This document shows positions 28,330-38,811 of a stretch of DNA of 51,261 bases, piece by piece. The notes under the pieces were generated by a model. The model did no database searches. It was not told where the DNA came from and saw nothing but the letters and a program-made list of their open reading frames with translations. Made by a program: the position numbers and the translations under genes. Origin of the DNA: Lentisphaeria bacterium (GTDB taxonomy: Bacteria; Verrucomicrobiota; Lentisphaeria; JABSQK01; JAWLHB01); assembly GCA_041690595.1 (NCBI GenBank), contig JAWLHB010000013.1, positions 124,001 through 175,261 of the forward strand, in the 5' to 3' direction. Positions within the stretch are counted from its first letter, which is position 1. Each line of letters starts with the position of its first letter.

Positions 28330-31106
28330 GCCGTCAGCCAGTTGTCTCCAACGCCCATATCCACGACGATCGGCACCTCCATGGGCAGGGCGGTCGTCAT
28401 CTCCGTCAGGATCATGCGCGCTACCTCGACTCTCTCCTCCAGCCAGAGATCGAATACCAACTCGTCATGCACCTGCAACAGCATTCGCGTGCGATAGGGC
28501 TTCTCTTTCAACTGGCGGTGGATCCGGACCATAGCCAGCTTGATCATGTCGGCTGCCGTTCCCTGAATCGGCGCGTTGATGGCGTTGCGTTCTTCCGCTG
28601 AGCGCATTGTCGCGTTGGAATCGTTGATATTTGGAAGATACCGCCGCCGGCCAAGCAGCGTCTCCACGTAGCCTCGCTCGCGCGCTGACTTGATCGTGTC
28701 GTCGATATATGCCTGTACGCCGGGAAACTGCCGGTAATACTCGGTGATGATCTCTCCAGCTTCACTGTTGGAGATGTTCAGCCGCTGCGCCAATCCCCAG
28801 GCAGACATGCCATAGGAGACGCCATAATTCACCATCTTCGCCTTGCTCCGCATCTCCGGCGTCACCGCGTCCAGTTCCACGTGGTAGACGCGTGCCGCAG
28901 TTGCCTGATGCACGTCGATTCCCGCGGCGAATGCCTCCCGCAGCCCTTCGTCGCCGCTGATCTGCGCAATAATCCGCAGCTCGATCTGCGAATAGTCCGC
29001 GGAGAGTAGCTTGAAGCCCTCGCCGGAGGGGACGAATGCCTTGCGGATCTCGCGCCCGGCTTCACTGCGGATGGGGATGTTCTGCAGGTTCGGATTGGCG
29101 GAGGCGAGTCGCCCGGTGGCCGCCACCGACTGGTTGTAGGTGGTGTGGATGCAGCCCGTGCTTTCCTTCACCGCATGCGGAAGTGTGTCGAGGTAGGTGC
29201 CCTTGAGCTTGCGCAGCGTCCGATACTCCAGGATATCCTGAATAATTGCATGGCGCCCCTTCAGGCGCATCAGGATCTGCTCGGTAGTGGTGTACTGCTT
29301 GGTCTTGCTCGTGCGTTTCGCCTTGGGATCCAGTTTCAGCTCGTCGAAAAGGACATCACCAAGCTGCCGTGGCGAATCGATGTTGAACTCGTGACCGGCC
29401 AGCTTATGGATACGCGTGGCAAGGGTTGTCAACTCGTCATCGAGCTGCTTGCCGTAATCGAGCAGGGCCTGGACATCCAGGCAAATACCTGTCTGCTCCA
29501 TCTCCACCAGTACCGGTACCAGCGGCGCTTCCACCGTCTTGAACAGCTCCAGCGCATTCCGTTCCGCCAGCATCGGCTCGAGCACCGCCCACAGTTGCAG
29601 TGTGATGTCGGCATCTTCACAGGCGTAGTCACAGACCTGCTTGATCGACACGCAGCGCATGGTGGTCTGGTCGCGCCCTTTCGGACCAATCAGCTCACTG
29701 ATGGGAACCGGGTCGTACCGCAGGTACTGGCGCGCCAGCGCGTCCATGCTGTGGCTGAGTTCCGGTTCGATCAAGTAGTGGGCCAGCATCGTGTCATAGA
29801 AGGCTCCCTGCACCTCGATGCCGTTCCAACGCAGCACCGTCGCATCGTACTTCAGATTGTGACCGATCTTGATGATCTTCGGGTCGCTAAGAGCGGGCGA
29901 GAGCTTCCGCAGCAGCGAGCTACAGGCGCCCTTCTCGTCCGGCACCGGCACGTAGAAGCCCTTCCCCTTCTGCCAGGAGAAGGCCACGCCAACCAGCATG
30001 CAGTCATGGGCATCCTTGCTGGTTGTCTCCACATCGAAACAGAACTGCTTCTGCTTCAGCAACTGTGCCACCAGATCGTCTAACTTTTCCGGTGTATCCA
30101 CCAGCCGGTAGTCGTGCTCCACATCCGCCAGCCGTCTGAAGCCATCCGCTTCGGCTGCCGCCGCTTCGAAAAGATCCATGGGTGGATGTTGTGCCGTTGC
30201 GCCGGCAGGCGCGGCACCCGTGGCAACAAATTCATCGCCCAGAAAGCGCTTGCCCAGCGCAGTGAACTCCAGTTCGTTGAAGAGCTCGCGAAGGGCCGGC
30301 AGGTTCGGCTCCTCCAAAACCATCTCATCCCAGCTTTCGGTCACCGGCACATCGATATCGATCTTCGCCAGCTGCTTGGAGAGGATGGCCTGCAAGGCAT
30401 GCTCTTCCACCCGTTCCTTCTGTTTGCCCTTCAGCTCGGCGGCGTGGGCTATCAAGTTCTCGACGGAGTCATAATCGGCGATCAGTTTCTGCGCCGTCTT
30501 CTGGCCGATGCCGGGGATACCGGGGATGTTGTCCGATGCATCACCCATGAGGCCGAGAATGTCGACGATCTGCTCCACCCGCTCGACCCCCCACTCTTCG
30601 CACACCTCCGCCACGCCCCACTTCACCACACCGTCTCGCGTTGGTTTGTAGAGCTTGACGTGCTCGCAGACCAACTGGCAGAAGTCCTTGTCCGGCGTCA
30701 CCATCCACGTCTCGAGACCCTCCGCGGAAGCACGCTTGGCCAGAGTGCCGATGACATCGTCGGCCTCGTATCCCGGATAGCGCAGGACGGGTATGCGCAT
30801 CGCCTTGGTGACCTTGAAGACGTAGGGCATCGCGGCGCTCAGTTCGTCCGGCATTTCCTGCCGCTGGGCCTTGTAGCTGGGCAGTTCCACATGGCGGCGA
30901 GTCGGTTCACTGGTGTCGAAGGCGACGGCCAAGTGAGTCGGCTGCTCGTTCTTGAGGATCTCCAGCAGGGTATTGACGTAGCCGAAAATGGCCGAGGTGT
31001 TGGTTCCCCTGGACGTAAGGCGCGGGTTGCGAATGAAAGCAAAATGAGCGCGGTAGACGATGGCCATGCCATCGAGCAGGTACAGGCGCCTGGGAGGCTG
31101 TGTCAC
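28323..31106 (-). CDS. polA: DNA polymerase I
   Basis: 5'-3' exo (LLDG..YRAHF, EADD, GDASDNIPG), 3'-5' exo (FDVETT), polymerase (ATGRLAS.NPNLQNIP, ADYSQIELR, LQVHDEL). Confidence 0.98.
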   Translation of the reverse strand: MTQPPRRLYLLDGMAIVYRAHFAFIRNPRLTSRGTNTSAIFGYVNTLLEILKNEQPTHLAVAFDTSEPTRRHVELPSYKAQRQEMPDELSAAMPYVFKVTKAMRIPVLRYPGYEADDVIGTLAKRASAEGLETWMVTPDKDFCQLVCEHVKLYKPTRDGVVKWGVAEVCEEWGVERVEQIVDILGLMGDASDNIPGIPGIGQKTAQKLIADYDSVENLIAHAAELKGKQKERVEEHALQAILSKQLAKIDIDVPVTESWDEMVLEEPNLPALRELFNELEFTALGKRFLGDEFVATGAAPAGATAQHPPMDLFEAAAAEADGFRRLADVEHDYRLVDTPEKLDDLVAQLLKQKQFCFDVETTSKDAHDCMLVGVAFSWQKGKGFYVPVPDEKGACSSLLRKLSPALSDPKIIKIGHNLKYDATVLRWNGIEVQGAFYDTMLAHYLIEPELSHSMDALARQYLRYDPVPISELIGPKGRDQTTMRCVSIKQVCDYACEDADITLQLWAVLEPMLAERNALELFKTVEAPLVPVLVEMEQTGICLDVQALLDYGKQLDDELTTLATRIHKLAGHEFNIDSPRQLGDVLFDELKLDPKAKRTSKTKQYTTTEQILMRLKGRHAIIQDILEYRTLRKLKGTYLDTLPHAVKESTGCIHTTYNQSVAATGRLASANPNLQNIPIRSEAGREIRKAFVPSGEGFKLLSADYSQIELRIIAQISGDEGLREAFAAGIDVHQATAARVYHVELDAVTPEMRSKAKMVNYGVSYGMSAWGLAQRLNISNSEAGEIITEYYRQFPGVQAYIDDTIKSARERGYVETLLGRRRYLPNINDSNATMRSAEERNAINAPIQGTAADMIKLAMVRIHRQLKEKPYRTRMLLQVHDELVFDLWLEERVEVARMILTEMTTALPMEVPIVVDMGVGDNWLTAH

Positions 31107-31108
31107 AT

Positions 31109-31939
31109 CTATCTCCTGTCGTGATGAAAAATCGATATCAGTCGCTGCCAGAGTGAAGGTTGCGGGCGTACGGAAGTCTGGCGCGTGGCAGTCGCTCTGG
31201 AAGGGTCACTCTCTCCAACATCGAGCCCCAGCTCACTCGCCAGCTCATCCAGGGCCTGATCGATCTCCAACGCAATGGTCCATGTCGACGCATCGACGCT
31301 GATGATCGCGTTGGCCATGGCATCGCCCTTACTGTCAACCGGCAGACGACGGCAGAGGTTGGCAAAGACCTCGCGCAACGGCTGAAGACGATTCACCGTG
31401 TCCTGGCGCGACGCTTCAATCTGCCCGCGATGCTTGAGCAGGATCTTCTGCACCAGATGGCGGGTCAACTCGGGGTTGGTAGCAAAGGGGCGCATGTCAT
31501 TGAGCATCGGCCGGAACTGCTTGCCCACCGGACAACCGGAGGAAAAGACCGCCAGATGAACCAGAACCGTCCCCACGTCCTGCAATGGCTGGTTGACCGA
31601 CGTCTCGCGGCCGGCCCAGTCAATGGCCCGCGCGCTTACCTTCTCATGCGAGTAATGATCCTGCAGCCGAAGCAGGGTGCTTTCCAACGACTCAGCGGCC
31701 GGGCAGTAACGGTTCCGGCTGCCGAGCGGGCAACTTGGGCACTGATGGTGCGTGAGCAGCGTCCATGCCGCGGGCTGAGTGATCGGCTTGGGAATGTGAG
31801 TGCCGGTCTGCGTCAACTCGATGTAGAAGTGCTCTTGAGTCCCATCGGCGAAGCGGATGACCAGCTCCCGATACCAGGAGTCACGGGTTGAGGCGCTCCC
31901 GCTCGAAGTAAGCATATCGATCGGCATCGTTGATCGCAT
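31109..31939 (-). CDS. Cys-rich hypothetical protein (DUF6901-like); start uncertain
   Basis: WTLL..HQCPSCPL..YCPAA and SSGCP..RPM..PFA; ends 2 nt before the polA start. Confidence 0.7.
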   Translation of the reverse strand: MRSTMPIDMLTSSGSASTRDSWYRELVIRFADGTQEHFYIELTQTGTHIPKPITQPAAWTLLTHHQCPSCPLGSRNRYCPAAESLESTLLRLQDHYSHEKVSARAIDWAGRETSVNQPLQDVGTVLVHLAVFSSGCPVGKQFRPMLNDMRPFATNPELTRHLVQKILLKHRGQIEASRQDTVNRLQPLREVFANLCRRLPVDSKGDAMANAIISVDASTWTIALEIDQALDELASELGLDVGESDPSRATATRQTSVRPQPSLWQRLISIFHHDRR

Positions 31940-32044
31940 TCCGCGGCATGGGGTTGTGGTCTTGGACTGAAGTTTCGGTAATATACCGGCTTATGATGGC
32001 AGCGCCATTGCTCTTCGGCAACGTCGTCACTTCACCTTTCACGC

Positions 32045-33439
32045 TCACCCAGGGAATATGCCGATCACCACCACACAGGTCAGGAAATAGATGCAGCTTG
32101 CCGAGAGGTCGTTGCTGGTCGTCACGAAAGGGCCGGAGGCGATGGCGGGATCCACGCCCAGCCGATGCATGATGATCGGCGTGATCGAGCCGAATGCGCT
32201 GGCAAAGACCATGGCGTTGCCCATGGCACAGCCGACGGAAATCGCCAGCGCCGTATGCGACACCGCCCCCGTATCCGCACCCGTAAGCGCCAGCACCGTG
32301 GCCACCACGACTCCCGTCAACAACCCGCAACAGCCCCCCATGATCACCCCCACCCTCAACTCGCGAACGACGATCTGCTTCAGCCGATTGTACTTCTGCA
32401 TGCCAAGCGCAATGCCGCGGATGGCGATCGACGATGACTGCATGCCGGTATTCCCCCCCATCGCCAGAATCGCCGGAATGAAGATCGCGATCGTGCCTGC
32501 TCCCGTCGTATTGATCATGTACTTGATGATGACACTGTTGAGCAGGCCGGCAAACATGGTGATCATCAGCCAGGGAAGGCGTTGGCGCGCGATCATCAAT
32601 GGGGCATCCTCTTCGGTCTCGATGTCCGGCGCGCCGATCAAGTGCGCCAAGTCTTCGTCAGCCTCTTCATGGATGACGTCGACGATATCGTCCACGGTGA
32701 TTCGACCGATCAGGCGATGATTTTCATCGACGACGGGCATCACCCAGATGTCGTACTTGCGGAACTTCCGCGCCACCTCCTGCTGATCCTCATCCGACGT
32801 AACGTAGATGTAGTCGCGGTTGCAGAGGGTCCCCATCTTGACGTTGGCGTCTCCAACGAAGAGGTCGCGCAGGGTGACCAGCCCGAGCAGCCGTCCATCG
32901 ATGGGATCAGCGACATAGACAAAGAGAATGGGGTCAGTGGTGGATTCGGCGCTGGCAAAAAGCCGACGCGTCTGTTCCACCGTATAGCCTGGCGGCACCT
33001 GGCAGATCTCGGGGGTCATGATGTGACCGGCCGAATCCTCCGCATAGCTAAGGAGAGGCAGGACTTCCCCGCGCTCTGCCGGCTCCATCGCCGCCAGCAC
33101 CTCCGCGGACTTGGCGTCGTCAAGGGAATCGAGCATGTCCGCCGAATCGTCCGGCGCCATCAGTTCCGCGAGGTCGGCGATCTCATGCGAAGCAAGGTTG
33201 TCCAGCACGTCTTCACTGAAGTTGACCTGCAGCTCGGACAAGACATCCGCGGCAACCTCCTGGGGCAGGAGGCGAAAGACGGCGGCACGATCGGCTTCAT
33301 CTTCCAGCCCTTCGATGAAGTCGGCAATATCGGCGGGATCCTTGTCCGTCAAGCCATGACGGAGCCCTTCCCACTGCTGCCCGTCAACCAGATCTTCGAG
33401 GTGCTCATTCTGTTGAGCATTGATCTCTTCGTGCGCCAA
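32045..33439 (-). CDS. mgtE: Magnesium transporter
   Basis: Acidic N domain, SAGHIMT CBS pair, GRITVDD, RLPWL, GGNTGMQ, DPAIASGPFVTT.ND. Confidence 0.95.
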   Translation of the reverse strand: MAHEEINAQQNEHLEDLVDGQQWEGLRHGLTDKDPADIADFIEGLEDEADRAAVFRLLPQEVAADVLSELQVNFSEDVLDNLASHEIADLAELMAPDDSADMLDSLDDAKSAEVLAAMEPAERGEVLPLLSYAEDSAGHIMTPEICQVPPGYTVEQTRRLFASAESTTDPILFVYVADPIDGRLLGLVTLRDLFVGDANVKMGTLCNRDYIYVTSDEDQQEVARKFRKYDIWVMPVVDENHRLIGRITVDDIVDVIHEEADEDLAHLIGAPDIETEEDAPLMIARQRLPWLMITMFAGLLNSVIIKYMINTTGAGTIAIFIPAILAMGGNTGMQSSSIAIRGIALGMQKYNRLKQIVVRELRVGVIMGGCCGLLTGVVVATVLALTGADTGAVSHTALAISVGCAMGNAMVFASAFGSITPIIMHRLGVDPAIASGPFVTTSNDLSASCIYFLTCVVVIGIFPG

Positions 33440-33544
33440 GTGCAGGTCTCCAGGTCGGGCGAAAGGGGTGAAGCTGCACCAAGCGGCAGCAGAAAGAGCA
33501 GAAGATTAATCTGGCAGGAGAACGCGCCGGTTCAAGCCCCGCAT

Positions 33545-35641
33545 TCAGCTCTTCGGCGGTTTGCGACGGACGGTAAAATGACGCTTCGGCGAGGCACGCC
33601 CCGATTCAGCCTCACGTTTGGCGAGCAAGCGGAACTCGTTCTGAGCTTCGACCGGCTCTTTGCCCTTAGGCGGCGCAAGTCGTTTGTAGCGCCCATCGCT
33701 CTGCAGCACGTGAGCCTTCACCGTATCCTTGAAATAGATCTGCAGGGACTCGATCAGGCGCTGGCGAAGGTCGTCCTGCTCCACGGGAAAGAGCAGTTCC
33801 GCCCGCCGTTCCAGATTCCTCGGCATCCAGTCCGCACTCGACAGATAGACCTCCTCATCGCCGCCGTTATGGAAATAGAAGATGCGGCTGTGTTCCAGGT
33901 AGCGCCCCACGATGCTGACCACCATGATGTTCTCGCTCATCCCTTTCACGCCCGGCACCAGCATGCAGATGCCGCGCACATTCAGCAGAATCTCCACGCC
34001 AGCCTTCGATGCCTTGTACAAGGCCTCGATCACATCCGGATCCGCCAGCGAGTTCATTTTTGCCCAGATCCGCCCACGATTGTGAATCGTGCCGCGGGAG
34101 GCTTCGCGCTCGATCATCGTGATGATCTTGTCTTTCAGGGAGATGGGCGCCATCACCAGCTTATGCAGATGGTGCACCGCCGAATATCCGGTCAGGGCAT
34201 TGAAAAAGAGCGCCACGTCGTAGGAAAGATCGTCGCGAGCGCTGAGCAGACTCATGTCGGTGTAAAGGCGGGCGGTCTTCTCGTTGTAGTTGCCGGTGCC
34301 CAGATGAATGTACCGGCGGATGCCCTCCAACTCCCGGCGGACAATGAGCAATGCTTTCGAATGCACCTTCAACTCGGCGATGCCATATATCACGATAGCC
34401 CCGGCCCGCTCCAGATGCTGCGCCCAGCCGATGTTCTGCTCCTCGTCGAAGCGGGCCTTGATCTCCACCAGCACAGCCACCTGCTTACCATTCTCGGCCG
34501 CCCGGATCAGAGCCTTGATGATGCGCGAATTTCCGCTGGTCCGATAGAGGGTCATCTTGATCGCAAGTACACCTGGGTCTTCCGCTGCGTCGCTGAGAAG
34601 CTTGATCACCGGCTCGAAGGAATCGTAGGGATGGTGCAACAACAGATCCCCCTTTCGTATCTTCTCGAAGAGATCCGTGTCTTCATCGATTCCTTGCGGC
34701 CAGATCGACGGCCAGCGCTTGTAGGTCAGGTGCTGATGGGTGTCCAAGTCGATGATTTCGTCGAATGACGTGAAGTCGAGCAGGCCCGGTACGTGATAGA
34801 CCTCATCAGGGGTCAGCTTGAAGAGCTCCATCATGGCGACCGTCAGATCCTGGTAGGCCGTATTGATCTGCAGACGCACCGGAATGCTCCGTTCGCGCCC
34901 CGCCAGCACTTCCTCCATCGCGACGACAAAGTCCTCGTCACGCTCCTCGTCCACGCCCAGATCGGCATCGCGCGTCACCCTGAAAATGGCATGTTCCTGA
35001 ACCGTGTAACCCGGGAAGAGCTGCTTGGCGTTATGCACGATGATGTCATCGAGCGAGACAAAACAGCGCGCATCTGAGCTGCTTGGAAGCTGATGAAAGC
35101 GCTTCAGCGAGGTGGGCAGTTCCACGATGGCCAGCTTTCGGGCGGAGTCCCTTGCCAGGCGAAAGGCGGCATACAAGCGGAGGTTTCCGGTAAAGGGGAC
35201 TGGTCGCGCCTCTTCGATCTTGATGGGGGTCAGTACCGGCAGGACATCGCGTTCGAAGATCGCGCCGGTGGAGTCCAGTTGCTCCTGGGTCATGTCGGCC
35301 AAGCCCAGAATCGATATGCCTTCCTTCGCCAGCTTGGGCAGGATATCGGTCAGCAGGCAATGATGCTGCGCCATGACGACCGCCTTCACCTGCTCCGCGA
35401 TCTCGTCCAGTTGCTGCGAGGTGGTGCGCCCGCAGGGGGAGTTCCCGGGCCGATTGCTGCGCTTCTGACGCTTCAGCGTCGCCACCCGCACCATGAAGAA
35501 TTCATCGAAATTGCTGCTGACAATGCGCAGAAAGCGCAAACGCTCGAGCAGAGGGTTGTCCGCTTGCAGCGCTTCGCTGAGAACACGTCGATTGAACTCG
35601 ATCCATGAAAGCTCCCGATTGAAATACCTGCACTTTGTCAT
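33545..35641 (-). CDS. ppk1: Polyphosphate kinase 1
   Basis: NRELSW, NFDEFFMVRVA, LLHHPYDSF, KARFDEE, KVHSK, GRYLEHSR, SADWMPRN. Confidence 0.97.
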   Translation of the reverse strand: MTKCRYFNRELSWIEFNRRVLSEALQADNPLLERLRFLRIVSSNFDEFFMVRVATLKRQKRSNRPGNSPCGRTTSQQLDEIAEQVKAVVMAQHHCLLTDILPKLAKEGISILGLADMTQEQLDSTGAIFERDVLPVLTPIKIEEARPVPFTGNLRLYAAFRLARDSARKLAIVELPTSLKRFHQLPSSSDARCFVSLDDIIVHNAKQLFPGYTVQEHAIFRVTRDADLGVDEERDEDFVVAMEEVLAGRERSIPVRLQINTAYQDLTVAMMELFKLTPDEVYHVPGLLDFTSFDEIIDLDTHQHLTYKRWPSIWPQGIDEDTDLFEKIRKGDLLLHHPYDSFEPVIKLLSDAAEDPGVLAIKMTLYRTSGNSRIIKALIRAAENGKQVAVLVEIKARFDEEQNIGWAQHLERAGAIVIYGIAELKVHSKALLIVRRELEGIRRYIHLGTGNYNEKTARLYTDMSLLSARDDLSYDVALFFNALTGYSAVHHLHKLVMAPISLKDKIITMIEREASRGTIHNRGRIWAKMNSLADPDVIEALYKASKAGVEILLNVRGICMLVPGVKGMSENIMVVSIVGRYLEHSRIFYFHNGGDEEVYLSSADWMPRNLERRAELLFPVEQDDLRQRLIESLQIYFKDTVKAHVLQSDGRYKRLAPPKGKEPVEAQNEFRLLAKREAESGRASPKRHFTVRRKPPKS

Positions 35642-35689
35642 GGTTTCGTGCCATCGTTTAAAGATTGAGTTGCCCCCGGCCAGTTGGGG

Positions 35690-37249
35690 CTAAAGCAGAA
35701 TGACGCGCAGGCCGAAGACTTCCGCGAACATGTCGCCTTTGGACGCTACCGCAAAGCGGGCCAGCGAGATGTCGCCATCATGGTCGGCATGCAGCAACAG
35801 CTCTTCGGGCGTCTGTTCCACCACCACTCCGCGTATGCGCTGACGATGCCCGCGATCCAGCGCGTCCGCCACTCGCAGCAAGGCAGCCAGCTTCATCACC
35901 ACAATGCGATCTTCGCGACTCAGCGTCATGAAAGACGCGTGAGATTTGTTCGGCAGTGAACGTCGATGATAGCGCACCACATTGCTGATGATCTCGATCT
36001 CCTCCGGGCGCAGACCGAAAATGTCCGAGTTCGCCACGATGTACTGCCCGTGCTTGTGGTGGCTGCTCGGGCTCACGAAGGAGCCCACATCGTGAAGCAG
36101 GGCGGCCACCTCCAGCAGGAGGCGGTGTTGCGTGCCCATCCCATGCTCCGTCTGCAATTGACTGAAGAGACTCAGTGACAGGCCCGCCACCTGGCGCGCA
36201 TGCTTTTCGTCAACGTGATAACGGCGACCGAGACTCTGCGCGCTGGCAGTGACCTGCGAATAGAAATCTTCTTTCACCTGGTCAGACTTGCCGGATGAGA
36301 TGGTAAGCAGGACGCCCTCGCGAATGCTGCAGTTCGGCACCGTCAGCCGCTGCGCCTGCGTCGCGTTCATGAACTGCTGGTAGACCAGGAGCGCCGGCGC
36401 CAGAGGCTCTGCTTCATCGTAGGGGATGTGGTAGCGCGCGACGATGTCATCCGTGGTCAGATCCTGAAGCGTCTCGACGAAGGCATCGAAATCATGCTTC
36501 TCGATCATCCAGTAACTGTCGGAGATTTTCTCACCAATCAAATTGGCGGCTATCCTCGCATCGCCGCCAACCGCCACGAAATGGCGAACTCGCTTGAGCG
36601 GCAGATCCTCTTCCAGCACATCGCATGCGGTATGGATGTTCTCATGGAGAAAGCGAGCCAGGAAATGCCCGGTGCCAAAGGCCGACTTGAGTTGCTGGTC
36701 CATGCGGACCGTGCCGATATGGAGGGTATGTGCAGCGACCATCTTGCCGTGCTGAAGGAGCATGACCTCGGTGCTGCCGCCGCCCACTTCCATGATGATC
36801 GAGTTGGTCTGGGAGAAGCGCGGCGTCGAGTTCCGCAGTGCCTGGCGAACCGCCAGATAGGTCAGATGATTGGCTTCGAGACCTTCCACCAGTTGGATAT
36901 TGAAGCCGGTGCGTATCACCACCCGGTCAATAAAGGTGTCGCGGTTGCTTGCCTCTCGCAAGGCGCTGGTAGCGATCACCCGCACATTCTCCTCCGGCAC
37001 ATTCAGTCCCGCCATCATCTCGCGATAACTGGAGAGGATCTGCAGGCACTGCACGATCGTCCCGCGCGTAATCGAGCCGCTGACGAAAACGTCCTTGCCC
37101 AGCGATACCGGATGAAAGGCACTGTCGACCATATGCCATGCATTGGACTTGAGCACCTCTGCAATGACGATCCGAATGGCGCTCGACCCAATGTCGATGA
37201 CGCCATAGATCCCGCGCGGTCGACGATCCGTTGACTTTGCCGCGGCCAT
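35690..37249 (-). CDS. ppx: Ppx/GppA exopolyphosphatase with HD domain
   Basis: IDIGSSAIR, ATSALREASN, EVGGGSTE, IREG, LLHDVG, LRVADALD. Confidence 0.92.
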   Translation of the reverse strand: MAAAKSTDRRPRGIYGVIDIGSSAIRIVIAEVLKSNAWHMVDSAFHPVSLGKDVFVSGSITRGTIVQCLQILSSYREMMAGLNVPEENVRVIATSALREASNRDTFIDRVVIRTGFNIQLVEGLEANHLTYLAVRQALRNSTPRFSQTNSIIMEVGGGSTEVMLLQHGKMVAAHTLHIGTVRMDQQLKSAFGTGHFLARFLHENIHTACDVLEEDLPLKRVRHFVAVGGDARIAANLIGEKISDSYWMIEKHDFDAFVETLQDLTTDDIVARYHIPYDEAEPLAPALLVYQQFMNATQAQRLTVPNCSIREGVLLTISSGKSDQVKEDFYSQVTASAQSLGRRYHVDEKHARQVAGLSLSLFSQLQTEHGMGTQHRLLLEVAALLHDVGSFVSPSSHHKHGQYIVANSDIFGLRPEEIEIISNVVRYHRRSLPNKSHASFMTLSREDRIVVMKLAALLRVADALDRGHRQRIRGVVVEQTPEELLLHADHDGDISLARFAVASKGDMFAEVFGLRVILL

Positions 37250-38235
37250 CAGGGGGTGCCCCCCAAGCCAAGGGATTCGCGCAGCAGCGCGGCGCCGCCA
37301 AGAATGACCGCGTCATCGCCGAGCACCGCCGCCTTCACCTTCACCTTCTCCACCAGGAATGGCATCGCGTGCCGCCGCATGGACGCTTCCGCCACCTGCA
37401 GGTAGCTGCGACCGAGCTTCTCGATCAAGCCTCCGCCCAGCACAATAATCTCCGGGCTCAACAGGTTGACGCAGTTGGCCATACCGACACCCAGCATCTC
37501 CGCGGCGCGATCGACCAGCCTGATCACAGGCTGCTCATTCGCCTTTATCGCCTTTCTGAAGGTCTTGCTGGTGATGCGCTTCATGTCGGTGCCACCATCA
37601 CCGAGCACGGTTGGGGCCAATCCATTGCTTGCCAGCATGACCATATCCTTGGCCATGGAGGTCTTGCTGGCCACGGCCTCCAGGCACCCGTACTGACCAC
37701 AGCCGCACAATGGACCGCCCATCTGCACGATCATATGCCCCACTTCCCCGGCAGCACCGGTCGCACCATGAAAGAGCTTACCATCCAGCACCAATCCGCC
37801 GCCGATCCCAGTGCCCGGGAAGATGCCCACGACGTGGCGGAAGCCCTTGCCGGCACCAAAGCGGTATTCACCATAGGTGCCGACATTGACATCGTTGTCG
37901 AGGAGCACCTTGAAGCCGAACTCCTCCTCGAGACGCGCCTTCAACGGAAACTGGCGCAGATTGAGATTGGGGGTATCGAGGATCTTTCCTTTGTCCAAGT
38001 CGAGTGGTCCCGGAGAACCGATGCCAATGCCCAGAATATCACCAGCCTCTTTGCCGGCATCCGCCAGAGCGCCGCGAATCGTCGCCACAATGCGCGCATA
38101 GATCTCTTCGGGCTCTTCCTGAGACATCGTCCTCTGCTTGCTTCTGCCCAGAATGCGATCGTCTTCGCTCATGACCGCCGCCAGCATCTTGGTGCCGCCG
38201 AGATCGAATCCCATTACCAGATTTTCATTTGCCAT
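37249..38235 (-). CDS. ROK family sugar kinase (glucokinase-like)
   Basis: DLGGTK, GIGSPG, NDVN, GTGIGGG, GEVGH, CGCGQYGCLE; TGATG overlap with ppx. Confidence 0.93.
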   Translation of the reverse strand: MANENLVMGFDLGGTKMLAAVMSEDDRILGRSKQRTMSQEEPEEIYARIVATIRGALADAGKEAGDILGIGIGSPGPLDLDKGKILDTPNLNLRQFPLKARLEEEFGFKVLLDNDVNVGTYGEYRFGAGKGFRHVVGIFPGTGIGGGLVLDGKLFHGATGAAGEVGHMIVQMGGPLCGCGQYGCLEAVASKTSMAKDMVMLASNGLAPTVLGDGGTDMKRITSKTFRKAIKANEQPVIRLVDRAAEMLGVGMANCVNLLSPEIIVLGGGLIEKLGRSYLQVAEASMRRHAMPFLVEKVKVKAAVLGDDAVILGGAALLRESLGLGGTP

Positions 38236-38300
38236 TATGCCCTCTCGTGCAGAAATTCAGTGGTAGGGTCGCAACCAGCCATACCCAAGCTATCAGGCCA

Positions 38301-38801
38301 TCAGGCGAGCGACAACACCCGTTCAGTTAAGTCTCGATTCAGCAGCCAGCGCAGTTTCGCTGCCTTTCCCTGCCCTTTTCGTTCCAAGCAGACGATCGAA
38401 CATTTCGCCAGCTCGATCGGTGGATCGTCAACACCGTTGACGAACAGTTGCAGCACTTCGCCCAGAAAAGGTTCATGCCCCACAAAGGTGATCGCTTCGC
38501 CATCGGCTGCGTCCAGTGCGCGCATCAACTGCCGTTCATCGCCGGGAGGCGCCAGCGCTTCGAGAGTTACCGCCCGCAACGTGCTGCCGACCCCCGACAG
38601 CAGGAGCGCCGCGGTCTCCTGGGCGCGCACCAATGGACTCGCAAGGACCTTTCCTGGATCGATCCCCAGCCGCGCCATGAGTTTGCCCATGCGATACGCA
38701 TCGTCACGCCCCGCAGCTGTCAGCATGCGGTCGAAATCACGCTCCGCGCCTTCCACGCCCACGGCGGAAGCTTCGGCATGTCGTACGATATAGATCAACA
38801 C
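38301..38801 (-). CDS. sixA: Phosphohistidine phosphatase
   Basis: VRHAEA, DFDRMLT..G, SPLVRAQETA, VGHEP. Confidence 0.9.
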   Translation of the reverse strand: MLIYIVRHAEASAVGVEGAERDFDRMLTAAGRDDAYRMGKLMARLGIDPGKVLASPLVRAQETAALLLSGVGSTLRAVTLEALAPPGDERQLMRALDAADGEAITFVGHEPFLGEVLQLFVNGVDDPPIELAKCSIVCLERKGQGKAAKLRWLLNRDLTERVLSLA

Positions 38802-38811
38802 GGGCAGCTCC

